A stretch of 64,000 bases of DNA from Paraspadella gotoi. Lineage: Eukaryota > Animalia > Chaetognatha. Of this stretch, positions 43,502 through 56,022 are shown piece after piece. How positions within the stretch are numbered: the first letter of the stretch is position 1; each line of letters starts with the position of its first letter. A program made the position numbers and the translations under genes. The stretch lies in assembly GCA_051294375.1 (NCBI GenBank), contig CM119264.1, positions 24,789,842 to 24,853,841 on the forward strand. The letters are read 5' to 3'. Under the pieces are notes generated by a model. It did no database searches. It saw only the letters and a list, made by a program, of their open reading frames with translations, and was not told the origin of the DNA.

Positions 43502-44748
43502 CTCTCTCTCTTTCAATTTCCCGCACCTGAGAAAAAAGGGCTCAAAATTGTGTTTGTTTAATCGTCGGATGTTTTATTGACTCTTCGAAATTCGCAAACA
43601 AACACGAAACAAATAGAAAATTCCGACGCATTTTTATTTCCATTTTTTTTATTCAATTTAATTTCGATTTTTTTTTCTGCTTGGACTTCGGATTAATTTT
43701 CTCTTTTTGGATCGATGCGATTTTCTTTCTTTGACTATGGATTCGTTTAGTTGTAAGTTTAGGAGAAATTTCGAACGCTCGTCTTTAGACAAATAATAAA
43801 TCTGACCCATATCTTTTTCCCCAACTTCCACAAATTTAATATTATTACATTAAACAATGGTTAATTTTTTTAAGAAAAGTTATAGTTCAATTTTTTTTAC
43901 TACGTGGGTCTCTCAAACAATTTTTATAATTAATGAAAGCGGCTTAAAAAAAAAAGGAAGAAAAAAAATGACGTTGCTCTGCCAACTCTTTTTTCCCTCT
44001 CGCCCGCCGACTATATGCCGACTTTTTCTCATCTTCTCCATGCCGACTCCCTGCCGACTCTATTCATTTCGTTTACCGACTCTCTGCCGACTCTCTTCCT
44101 CTCGTCCGCCGACTCTCCTCTCTCCATTCCTCCTCCATGACGACCCTCTCCCGCCCTCTTCCGTCGTCGGACGAAAAACGAATGTTTGTTGCAAAAACAA
44201 ATGAACTCAATTTTCGTTCGACGGCGGATTTGAGTCGCGTCGATATTGGAACAGCTGCCGCCGACGAGGACTGCAGAGGGGCGGGATGAGGGGGTGTGTG
44301 GCGGGGAATGCGACAGGAAATGGTGACGACGACGATGTTGAAGACGAGAGCGGCGATGATGACGACGATGATGACGACCGCGATGATGAAGCCGATGGCC
44401 ATTTTGAGGAAGATGGTGACGACAAAAAATAAAACATTATTGCGACAATAATGACAGAAAATACGTGGATGATGACGACAATGAAGACGACTCCCAACTT
44501 ACTAGGATGACGACCACGACGGCTCGATGATGACGATAACAATGACGATGACTCCGATGCCGACAACGACGACGACAAAGACGCCCCCGCCGCTTTTTCA
44601 ATCAAGCGAGGACCCGAGAGAATGTCACCCTCTCCCGCCGTTTAATATGAAGAGGGCGAAGGGGGGAGATAGAGGGAAAAACAAGGAAAGGAAAAAGAGA
44701 GGCTTGGGGAAGATAACGTTGGTTATTAAACCGGAGCGAAAATATTAA

Positions 44749-45310
44749 AATCAAGTAGAATCAAAATTCGAATAGTAGATCATGAACAGTCTTGAACTAA
44801 AGAACGTTTATATATATAAAAAAAAAAATTTAAAAGTTATCAATTTTCGCATACAACAATATTTATACATAGTACTTACTATAGAAAATATTAAAATTTT
44901 AAAATGTTTTCTTATTTTTAAGAGCAGATTCGAATTTCTCACGAAAAGTTGATAAAAGAAATATAACTCTTTTTCGAAAATTATTTCATTAAGTGGATCA
45001 AAATCCTAAAAAAACTATTATTATTAACCTATAATTATATTTTAGTATAAAAAATATAGGTTTATAAATTTTTGGCTAACTTAATGAAATAATTTTTGAT
45101 TAAAACTTATATTTTCTTTTATCAACTTTTTATGAGGAATTCGAATCTGCTTTTAAAACTAAGAAAACTAAGAAAATTTTAATATTTTCTATAGTAAGTA
45201 CTATGTATAAATATTGTCGTATGCAAAAATTGACAAATTTAAAAAAAAATTTTCATATATCAATGTTCTTTAGTTCAAGACTGTTGTTCATGATTAACTA
45301 TTCGAAATTT
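44749..45310. mobile_element. AT-rich palindromic MITE/foldback-like element, copy 1
   Basis: Left arm aaattcgaatagtagatcatgaacagtcttgaactaaagaac...catagtacttactatagaaaatattaaaatttt...gcagattcgaatt is the reverse complement of the right arm aattcgaatctgc...aaaattttaatattttctatagtaagtactatg...gttctttagttcaagactgttgttcatgattaactattcgaaattt. Arms are ~230 bp with substitutions. No ORF. A related copy lies at 62383-62954. Confidence 0.7.
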
Positions 45311-46350
45311 TTACGCCTTATTGGTTATGGAAAGGAGCTAAAGGAAAAAAAAGGAGTTTGTTATCGGCTTTATCTGCTTTTATTACAAAAAAAAAAAAAA
45401 TTATCGGCCTATCAGCCGTCTTTGAAAAGAAATTAAACACCATGAATTGTAAATACACTTATGTATTTCAGTTGATAATTATTATCTATTATGGTTGTCC
45501 AATTAAGATTTTCAGTATAGGGTACTTATACCTTAACAAGCCGATATCATACGCACCTTTTAAATGAAATAGATAAATAAAATAAACAACCAAGATGCGT
45601 CCAATCAATAACCTTATAATATTAATAGCACGGTGTAGTGACTCAAATGACGAAGACGACGACAAAGATGACGACAAGCAAGCAAACACAAAATATTTAA
45701 AACGTGGGCACATGGTGAGAAAAAATATTTAGTAACATGAGAAATGCAACCCAAAGCTAAAACTGGAGAGTCATTCTTGCGCTCTGATAGAGAAAACGCG
45801 CCCTTCGATATGTCGAGGGAATATTTAAACTGTTTAGCGCCATCGTTTCAACCGGGGAAACAAAGATGGCGCCACTGAATCCCGCATTAACGAAATGGCA
45901 ACGCATTCGGAAGAGAGAAGGAAAAAATATCGGAGCCATCTGAAGGAGAGTGAAGGAACGAATCGGGCTGAATAAATGGCAAAGAGTTGGGGAAGAGGTT
46001 GGGAAGGGCGATTGAGATGAAACCAATGGATAAAAATATGTGAAAATACATTGGCGGGAAAAGAAAAAGAGCTAAATTCTGGTTATTGTTATTTAGCATT
46101 CTTGGAGGACAAAAAACAGAAATGTATCGTTAAAGCGAATAGCAAAAATAGGCATTAAAAGGAGTTTGGTTAAGGGAGGACAATAAAATCTATGAGGATG
46201 TCAAATGAGATGACATTAAAACTGTTTATTCAGTTGGAAATTATCTCAGAGGGCTTGAATTCAAGCAAATGTCTTATTACGAAAATGCATTTAACAAAAT
46301 GCATTCAAAGGCATAGAATTTAATCGTTAAGCTTTTAGTAGATATTACTA

Positions 46351-46437
46351 TTTGACGAATGGCGTTTGACAAATGGCGTTTTGCGAATGGCGTTTGATAA
46401 ATGGCGTTTAGCGAATGGCGTTTGACGAATGCCGTTT
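46351..46437. repeat. 14-bp tandem repeat TTTGACGAATGGCG, ~6 copies
   Basis: tttgacgaatggcg tttgacaaatggcg ttttgcgaatggcg tttgataaatggcg tttagcgaatggcg tttgacgaatgccg. Confidence 0.9.
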
Positions 46438-49400
46438 GGACGGCGTCGGCCATCGATGGTAGAGATTCCAAAGAGGAGGAGCCTCGCGTATTCCATCCCT
46501 TTTTACCTTTTTTATTTTTTTCTTTCTCCTTTATTTATGGTTTCCTTTCTTTTTTTTTTTTTTAGTTTTTTACCTTTTTATCCATTCTGTTTATTTATGT
46601 TTTCCTCTCTCTTTTTTTTCTTCTCCCTTGTATATTTCAGCATATTTCTTTTCTTTTTTTCCCCTTCTTTTATTCTGTTTAAGGTTTCCCTCCTTTTTTT
46701 CTCCCTTTTCCCCCGGTGCCAAGAATCAAGATTACATTTTAAGCTCGGCGAGACAAAAACAGAGGGCGGCCGTAGAGGAAAGCGTTGTTCCTTTCAGTAG
46801 CTTAAAAAAAAACAAAAGTACATCGACTAGTTATATGTTCCTTTTAATTCTTTTGGATAATATTTGTATGAAAATTCAGACATACAGATTTACTCATAAT
46901 GTGTCAACGATTTTCGTGCATCGGGTTCTACTTAACAGTCGTGACAATGTAAATTTAATGAAACGAAACTAAAATAATCTGGCATTGGCAAAGATCCGAA
47001 AAAGTGGCTTTTGACATTTAAACATTCCATGGTGGATGAAACAGCGACAACCGTTTAATGAATTTGTCATCCGTAAAATTCTTTCGTCGAAGTATATATT
47101 ATATTCTTTCTTATAAAAAGTTAGAACCTTTTATAGCGTCTTATCTTAATTAAAAAGATTCTTCTCAAAGAGCTCCCGCCTCAAATTCTGCATAATTTAT
47201 TACCTTAATATCGATCCAACTAATTTTCATACTCTTTCTTCGCTCAGGATTCCTTTTCGTATGAAAAGGGGAAAAAAAAAGTCGCTTCGCCTTTTTTTTT
47301 TTACAATTTTTTTTATTCTTCCCTCCATCTTTTTTTTTTTATTCTTCAATAAAAGTCGACGATTTGTTCTGACCTTTGAAAACAAAAGGGAAAAAGAAAT
47401 AAGGAGCCGAGGGGAAAAAAGGATTTAGAAAAAAAACCAAAAAAACTAACATACTAATTCTTAAAGAAGAAATAAAAAAAAGTTGGGTAACGCGATCGCG
47501 GGGGGCCACTGACGCCGCGGGAAAAAGAGAAAGAGAAAGAGAAAGAGAAAGATGTAAAGAGATTGCCGCAAAAATTGGAAATTGAAAAAAAAAAAGAAAA
47601 CAAAGGGAATAAAGGTTTAAATTGGATGAGGAACAAAAAAGTGGCATGAAATGGAATGAAAGATAAATACAGAATAGAATGTCGATCGTTATTAGTTTAA
47701 TTGATAATAAATTAAACCTTGGAAAAAAAAAATAATACAAGTAAGAGTTTTAAACGTAAAACTAAAGTTGAAAACTTTTCATTACTGAAGCAACGATAAT
47801 TAATCAAATTTAAATTTCTGTTTTTGACATTTTTGTTCATTACTAATATCACAATCGCTGACAATCGTAAATCAACGACTAATCCCCTCTGCCCGTTCAC
47901 GTGAATTTTTGTGAATTCTCGAAGGACTTTGGGTCTGTTTTGATTTCGTGAATTGGGTCAATGAGTGGAAGAAATAGTGAATCTTGAACAGGTGCAAGTC
48001 CTTACGAAAGAGGAGCAGAAAGAAGTTGCGTTTCTTCTCGAAACAAAGGGTGGAAAAGATTGTGACATTATATTATGATTTGCATAAAAAATCAAATTTA
48101 GTAAATGTTTGGAAATAGTTTCGAAATAGCACTTTTAATCTAGTATCTCCTCAGGTTGGACTCTCAAACTTGATATTCACTCTTCAACACTAACGGAGGT
48201 CAATTAAATGAAGGGGAACAATAAATAGTCAGCTTTCGGATATAAGCATTGCTCTGCTGTTGAGCGAACTACGTATATCTCCAATGGCGAGCTTTCCGCG
48301 CCAGATATTTTAAAAGCCCTAAAATCTATTGCACAAAAAAATTACTTCTTTTCTAGATACTTTCTCTCATAAAATCTCTCCCTCCCAACTCTTCCACAAA
48401 CTCCCAGCGCCGCGCCGCACGACGGCTCCCATCGTTTCCATGGCAACGGTCCATCGCCCCATTGGCTCTCGACGTCGTTCACCGGAATAGAGCGTCGCAT
48501 GGTCATCGCTTTAGAAAAAAAAAAAAAAACAACCAAAAGACAGTCGATGCCATCTCGTGGCAACCTTGGCGCCGTTAGTCTCTATCGTTTCTATTTTTAT
48601 CATCGAGTCATTTCTATCACATGTCCGCGTCTTTTATTCCACGGTTTCCTTAGCTTTCTTCTCTCCTTAGCTTCCTTGCAAAATCATTATCATTTCTTTC
48701 CACTTGCCAAGTCCGTTGCCCTCTTATTATTGCCGTTTCCTCGTTTCCATCGCCACTTCATTTGCCATCTCTTCTTCTCTTCGCCACATCTTTTGCCATC
48801 TCTGCTTTTCTTGGCCATCTGTTGGCGTTCGATAGAGTTTTATGCCGTTGACCCTTGAACTTTTGGCGATGAAGGCTTCCGGTGAGAGGGAAGGGAAAGA
48901 GACGCAAATTCCGTCGAGAATGGACGTCGAAAATGACGACGACGACGAAGTACGACGACGACGACGACGACGACGACGATGTACGACGACGACGACGACG
49001 ACGATGGGGCAAACGATGAAGACATCAAAAAACACGAAGAAGACGACGATGCTGACGAAAACGACTAAATTCGTCCATCAAAAATTTGCTTAATGTTTAA
49101 GGTACAGAAATACAAATTCAAGAGGGTATTGATAAAAAGCTTGCAGAGTCCTGCTATGTTATTAGGTCGTAGGCTTTAACAAACCGATCCAAAGTTTAGT
49201 TATTGAATAAATGGTTAATTTTTATCTTTCATTTTATCATGCAAGTACAAAGGATTGCCGTCACAAAACAAAAAACAAAAATAAAATAAAAACAACAACA
49301 AGAAGAACTATGAAGACGACAACAACAACAACCCCTACGAGGACGACGACAACGACGACGACGACGCCAATCCGTTTCCAATTTCGTCGAAATCACGTCG

Positions 49401-49689
49401 ACCAAAACTGATCAAAAAGATTTGAGGAAATCTCGACGAAAGGAAACGACATAAGCGAATTTCGGTCCAAGCGAAACATTTTTGGGGCGGCGAAACAAAG
49501 AGAGAATCGCTGAGGAACAAAAGGGAAACGCGGCGAAACAAAAAAGGAAACAAAAGGGAAACGCGGCGAAGCGAAAGGGATTACAACTCGTTGGACGAAC
49601 GATTGGTTTTTCTTGGCGAAAATTGAAAAAACAATCGGAGGTGGGGAATGAATGGAAGAGAAAGGAGAAAAGAAAAAAAAATCGGAGAG

Positions 49690-49928
49690 AAGAGATGAAA
49701 AAGAAATTGAGAAAAAGAGATGAAAAAGGAATTGAGAAAAAGAGATGAAAAAGGAATTGAGAAAAAGAGAGGAAAAAGAAATTGAGAAAAAGAGATGAAA
49801 AAGAAATTGAGAAAAAGAGAGGAAAAAGGAATTGAGAAAAAGAGATGAAAAAGGAATTGAGAAAAAGAGAGGAAAAAGGAATTGAGAAAAAGAGAGGAAA
49901 AAGGAATTGAGAAAAAGAGAGGAAAAAA
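49690..49928. repeat. 25-bp minisatellite GAAAAAGAGA(T/G)GAAAAAG(G/A)AATTGA, ~9.5 copies
   Basis: Exact 25-nt period with two variable positions. Confidence 0.92.
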
Positions 49929-50511
49929 GTGGAGGTAGATATTCAAGAGCTAAGATTAAATAAAAATGAAGATATGCTTTAAAAATTCATATTGTTATGG
50001 AACAAAATTCGGAAGAGCTGACGATGGGCGGTAAAATAAAATTAGTCAAAATTGTAAAAATAGATTTTAAGGCCCAGTTTTGTCAATTACTAAATTTAGA
50101 TTTTTTGCGGCAAAAGATTTTGGTTTTGTCGGCAAATAAACGAGTGACGATTGAAAAAACCAGTTTTAGCCATAAAATTTGTTTTTTTTTAACTAACTAT
50201 TGATAAATTCACGACTTGACGATATCTACTTTTGAGAAGAATTTAAGACATTTTTTTATACAACTTTAATGGAATTAGTCTACCTTCATTATCAAACATT
50301 TCCCATACCTCTCTAATTAATTTAAAAACTCTATCAACGGCGATCGTTAGAGCCTTTTGCGGGCGGCGAAGTCCGGAGGAGAAATAATTTGGTTAACGAT
50401 CTAAATCCGCGTTTCTCCTCCAAAACTATTCGACCTCATTTTCAGACCTGGGAGGCCTTAATATCGCCTCCATGGAATAATTAACCGGGAAATAACAAAA
50501 CCATTCTCTCC

Positions 50512-50579
<68 letters not shown>

Positions 50580-51632
50580 CTCTCTTCCTCTTAGAATTAA
50601 ACATTCTGTATAATTCCGCTTGATTTTATGCATGAAGCATTGAAATTTAAAGTCTTAAAAAATAGTTGGTATTTCGTCGACTAAACTCAAACTCTGTCGT
50701 TTAAAATGCTCTAACATTCTCGGACAAAGCTTTATCAGTTTAAACGTCATTTGTTTTGTACTGGCTGTACCAAAGGTAAAATTCAAAGATTTAAATATGA
50801 CATCTAATGTCGATAAATTTGAATTAAAGTTTGTCTACTATGTACAACTGGTTTCGAGAGAGAGCGTTCGGTATATGAGAAACGTCTTATGATTTAACTT
50901 CCGAGTCGTTTTTTCATTTCGCCGTTGGATTCTCGATTCAAAACGAACGAAGGCATCAAATTAATTTCAACATCATCGTCGACTTCGTTTTTGGTCGTTG
51001 GCGTTCGATATTTTTGTTTGTCGATTTCGTTTGCATAGTTTAGTTATTTATTTTCTTTGTATTCATTCTTATTTTTTCATTTGCTCTCCGAACTTTGCAT
51101 TCTTTACTTTTCCATTTCAATCTAAATCTTCATTACCAATCTTAATTTCGGTCTATTTCTCATTTTAAAGCTTTTAAAGCTTACGTTTGCATCTTTAGAA
51201 GCGTAGATTATAAAGCTACTAAAATAGAGAGCAAAGCTATCAAAGAGAGAGAAACTCGCGAGTGATATTAACTATCAAAGAGGTAGCAGCGAGCTTGAGA
51301 GATCAACTATCTCAGAGACTCCAACTATCGAGTGAGACCAATGAATCCAGGCCAGAGCAAAAAAAAAAAGCAAGTTCCACGAACGAACTCGACCAAGAAA
51401 ACGAGCGAAGGGAAATGAGAGCGGAAAAGATAATCGACTTAAATCTCACGCGCGATTTGAAAGCGATAAAAGCATCGCGAAGCAATGATTAGCGATAATT
51501 GCTTTTTTTTTCTTTTTTTTTTCTTATCTTTCCCCCTTTTTTTTGAAAAGGATCGTATTTTTTTCTTCGACTCTCTGTTTTTCCAATGACTTTTTGTTCG
51601 ACCGTTTGCGTTTTGTCTATTGTCGTCGTCGT

Positions 51633-51675
<43 letters not shown>

Positions 51676-52693
51676 GATTCTCCATTCCGCCGTCAGGGCT
51701 CCGGAGACGAGGCTGGGACCGAAGCAGACGCTCCAACGAAATCGTGGGAAAGAAGAAAAAAAAAGAGTTTTACAATAGAAACTAAATCGTTGATAATGAC
51801 GGAGCTAATGACGGAATTGACGGACCGAACGATGGTGGCGTGGCGGTTCAGTAGCGATGTCGGTGGCGTGGCGGAAGAGTTACGTTGGCGTAGCGGTGGC
51901 TGTAGCGCTACGGAAGACTGGCTCACGGTAAAGACGGTTCGAGCGTTGTATTGCCACAATTGGTTCTTTTCAAAACGGTTTTTAATTCACCTATTCAAGT
52001 ATTCATTGATCTTTTTCCACTACTTACAAACTCAACTTTAGGTACAACTCCGTCATTTTTCCCTCCCTCATTTTGATTCGGGTCGGAACCGCGTTGACCT
52101 CACCCGATTTTGTGCCGAGGTCGTCTTAATTCTCAGGATATGAAGCGACACTCGACGCGGCGTCACGGCGTCACGCGTCTAGCGGCGGCGTCACGCGTCA
52201 ACAAGGCGCTAATGACGGCGCCGACGATCCGCATTATGAGTCGACGATGCGGAAAGGTCACCGGAAACGTGGAAGGCGTGGGGTAGGGAGCGGGTGAGAT
52301 CTTGGGGTAATGCGGAAGTGTTGGGAGGTGTTGGGAGGTGCGCTGGGAATGCGACAAAGTGGGATCGGAGCTAAACGAGGTGAGGAAGGGGGATGTGAGA
52401 TGAAACTCGCTGGTCTAGTCTCTGTGTAGTGGGATCAGTGGCTTGGCACGGTCCATGCCAACAATTACGGGCTTGGAAATTGTCATGACAAGGACTTTCG
52501 CCGATCGCCTGCGTTTTCGTCGACCCTCGAGTTTCCGGTTCATTTCTGCGGCTCCAACAGAAAAAGAAAAAGAGAGGGAGGAAGAGAAAAGAAAAGAAAG
52601 GAAAGGAAGGAAGTGAAAAAAAAAGGAAGGAAGAGGTAAAAAGAGAAGAGTTGAGAAAAGGAAGAGAGAGACAGAGTGAGAGAGAGACAGAGT

Positions 52694-52760
<67 letters not shown>

Positions 52761-52799
52761 AGAAGAGAGTGAGAAAGAAGAGAGAGAGAGAGAGGGAGA

Positions 52800-52911
<112 letters not shown>

Positions 52912-53239
52912 AAAGAAGAAACAAACGCCCAACGACTATACTCTCACTTTGCGAATACGATTCCAAGACTATTAACAACTCCTTTTCCATTACTTTCTCC
53001 TTTCTTCTCTCTATCTCGCCCCCCTTCCTTGACTTACACCACATCTCTCACTCCGTCCCCTCAATTTTCCTCAGTTTTCCTTAGTTTTCCTTAGTCTTTC
53101 TTAGTTTTCCCCCTCCCACTGATTTTCCCTTCGATTTGAGTCGTCGTGAAGAAAAGAAAAAGAAAACTTTCTTTTTTCTTTTTTTTTCTTCTTCTCCGTA
53201 ATGATATTCGATTGCTTCAGAGACAAATTTATTTCATGG

Positions 53240-53308
<69 letters not shown>

Positions 53309-53832
53309 TCTCTCTCTTATCATTGGCGGGTGGCGGCGCGGATGGAGCCAATGAATCGACGATTTGGTTTCGGCCGAAGTTTCGTGGTCTAAGGAGATGA
53401 AGTTTTCCGTTGTAATTTGTGGTTGAATCGTTTTGTGGATCTTGTCCGCATTTTCGTCTTGCCAACCGACTTTATTGTCCGTTCGGTCCGCACGATTGTC
53501 CCGGACGTCACGGTCGGTGAATTTCGATCACGTGTCCGTCCGCGGGAAGAAAAAAAAAATTATGGAATTTTCCCCAATTTTTTTTTTTCACTCGATCCCG
53601 GCGCCTTTCTTCCCCGGCGCCTGGCACCTGCCGCCGCACCTGCCGCCGCACCTGGCGCCGCCCCTCGCATCTTAATGCGCGGCGCCGCCGTCCTTTCCGG
53701 CTGACGGCGCCGCCCGGCGGGTCCTTGGCACCGGCGTCGACTTCCCGATCATCTTCATCTTCTTCTTCGAATCCCTGGCGCATCGTACATCATTACTTTC
53801 CAGACGCGAAAATGATGATGACGCTGACGGTT

Positions 53833-53874
<42 letters not shown>

Positions 53875-53889
53875 ACGCCGCCGCCGCCG
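53833..53889. repeat. (CCG)n microsatellite in a GC-rich island (53600-53915); similar run at 41592-41640
   Basis: Direct reading. Confidence 0.9.
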
Positions 53890-54971
53890 TCCAGGCCGCC
53901 GCTCCCGCCCCCGACAGACTTAAACATAACAAACTTGGAAGTTTAAATCCTCGTTACTACGAAGGGGTTTTTTCGCCGAGAACGACTCGACGATGAACTT
54001 TGCGTTGAGCGCGAAACTGAAGGAAAAAATTATCTGTTTAGTTTCGTTTTGTTTTGTGAAACTTGGAAAACAAAGTGTCTCATTTCCAGCTTATCACAAA
54101 TCTTTAACTTTAAAAAGGTAAATTGTACGTATTTATTGAATATATTTCAAGAAAATGAAGTCGGCTGATGAATCATTAGAAATGAATTTTGCCGCTGACT
54201 TTGACATTGGACGAAAATTCCATTATGCGGAATAACGTTGGATAATTTTAATTCTCGGAATTCATTATTAGTTTATTTTAATTCTTGCAACTTGAGAAAA
54301 AATGTAAACGAAATGTATTAATTCACTTCGAACTTAAATTCTTTGATGGTTTGGATTTTGTTTTTAAATATCTCTAAACTCTGATAGTGATTTTTAAATT
54401 GTAATAAGATGTGATAGAAAAAACAATTTGTTATACTGCAATCTTTTGTTTAGAGCGTAAAACGAAAAATTCAGCGTATGGGTCGACAGAGGTCGGCTTA
54501 ATTCAGACTTATAAAACAAAAGACAATGGATAAAAATGACAATTTCACAGAATCTATTTTTTGAAATGGCAAACTCACAACTTGCGAATGATAGTAAGAA
54601 ACTCAGAAGCTACCAATATAACCTCAAATATATTTTCATGTTGCTTTGAATCTCCAAAAGCCATTGCGCTTTCTGGCCGACATTGCGCTGCTCTTTTCAG
54701 GATTAATAGTAGGCGAAGCTAAACTTGGTAAAACTTCCATCGTTTACAACTTCCTTCAGGGCGCGAACCTGGGAACTTTAGCTAACGAATATGTCATCTG
54801 ATTGTTCAATACAAAGCACTGACAAGCTCACAGTTCTCGGATAGAAAGATTTTCTGTTTTAGAATTTAACAGTGTATTACACAGTGTGTAACTTATATCC
54901 GAGAAATCCTTCGATCGGCGTTATTGCTAGTTTTGTCAATGTACTATAAAATATGGCAATATTTAATAACT

Positions 54972-55017
<46 letters not shown>

Positions 55018-56022
55018 AGGGAATAAACGAATGAGAGATAGAGAGAGAAAAAGAGGGAGATCTTTTAGTATTTTTAATGATTTCAAGTTTCAACCTTAAA
55101 CTTAAAGACTATGAATCATCAGAATTTTAGCAGGCAAAAATTTTTGGAGCTGTAAATAAACAGCCTTAAAACATTTTATTCTTTTCCTTAAATTAAATTT
55201 GGACAGTTTAAATTACAACAAAGAGAAAGCAACAAACCAAGCAAACTTACTTGGAAGCTAGAGTGAGCTTATATGTGATAGTTATGGCAGTTTGTGAAAA
55301 CTAGCCTTTCAGTAGAAAAATACGGGAAAGGAATGAAATAGAAACTTTATATACACAGTCAAAAGCAAATGCAAAAACAATTCTTTAGGTATCACATGCT
55401 TCCAAATAAAAATATTTTATAAAAAAATCTATTAAAATTCAATGGCTAGTTTTCAATGGTTACCATTCGTTCAAGATGACAAAGATTTAGCACCTGGATG
55501 ACTAAATAGTTGAGCAGAGTGAAAATTTACTCGTAATCCCAGCTCAATTGGATTGTATAAATGAAATAGGCACATAGAATAAAATATGATGCAGTGTATA
55601 TGCAATACAAAAAAACTGAGACTGACGAAAATTTTTGTGCTTTTCACTCTACTTTCACTAAATATCAAATATATTATGAGCAAAAATGGTTAATAGACAC
55701 TTTAACATAAAAATAATTTCCTTTTTAAATTTTGGTATCAAGAAAAGTTTGTATTAAAACTACTAAAAGGTAAAACGAGTAGATATAATATTTTATTCAT
55801 CCATGAGTCGAAGTGATAAAAAGTGTTTCAGTAATTCTACTTCTTTAAACGAATTTGGTGGTTGCAATCTAATATGATTGATATTGAAAAAGGTCTAATT
55901 CTTTCCTCTAATCTCAGAATTAATTTGTTGTATAGTTTTTCAACAGTAAAAGAAGTTATAAGAAAAAAAACCACTTGAATATATCTAAAAAATGAAACTG
56001 CAAAAGTAAAGCGTAGAAGAAG

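Noticed and set aside
45770-46030. Slightly GC-richer block that might be a decayed MADF/Myb-like or transposon-derived fragment
   Set aside because: Stops in all + frames and no convincing motif alignment by eye.
49690-49928. Regular 25-bp repeat array considered as CRISPR-like
   Set aside because: Units are head-to-tail with no unique spacers, there are no cas genes, and the context is eukaryotic.
55100-56020. Autoregulatory Pumilio response elements (UGUAHAUA) in the PUF 3' UTR
   Set aside because: None found on the sense (minus) strand. The TGTAAATA at ~55151 is on the opposite strand.
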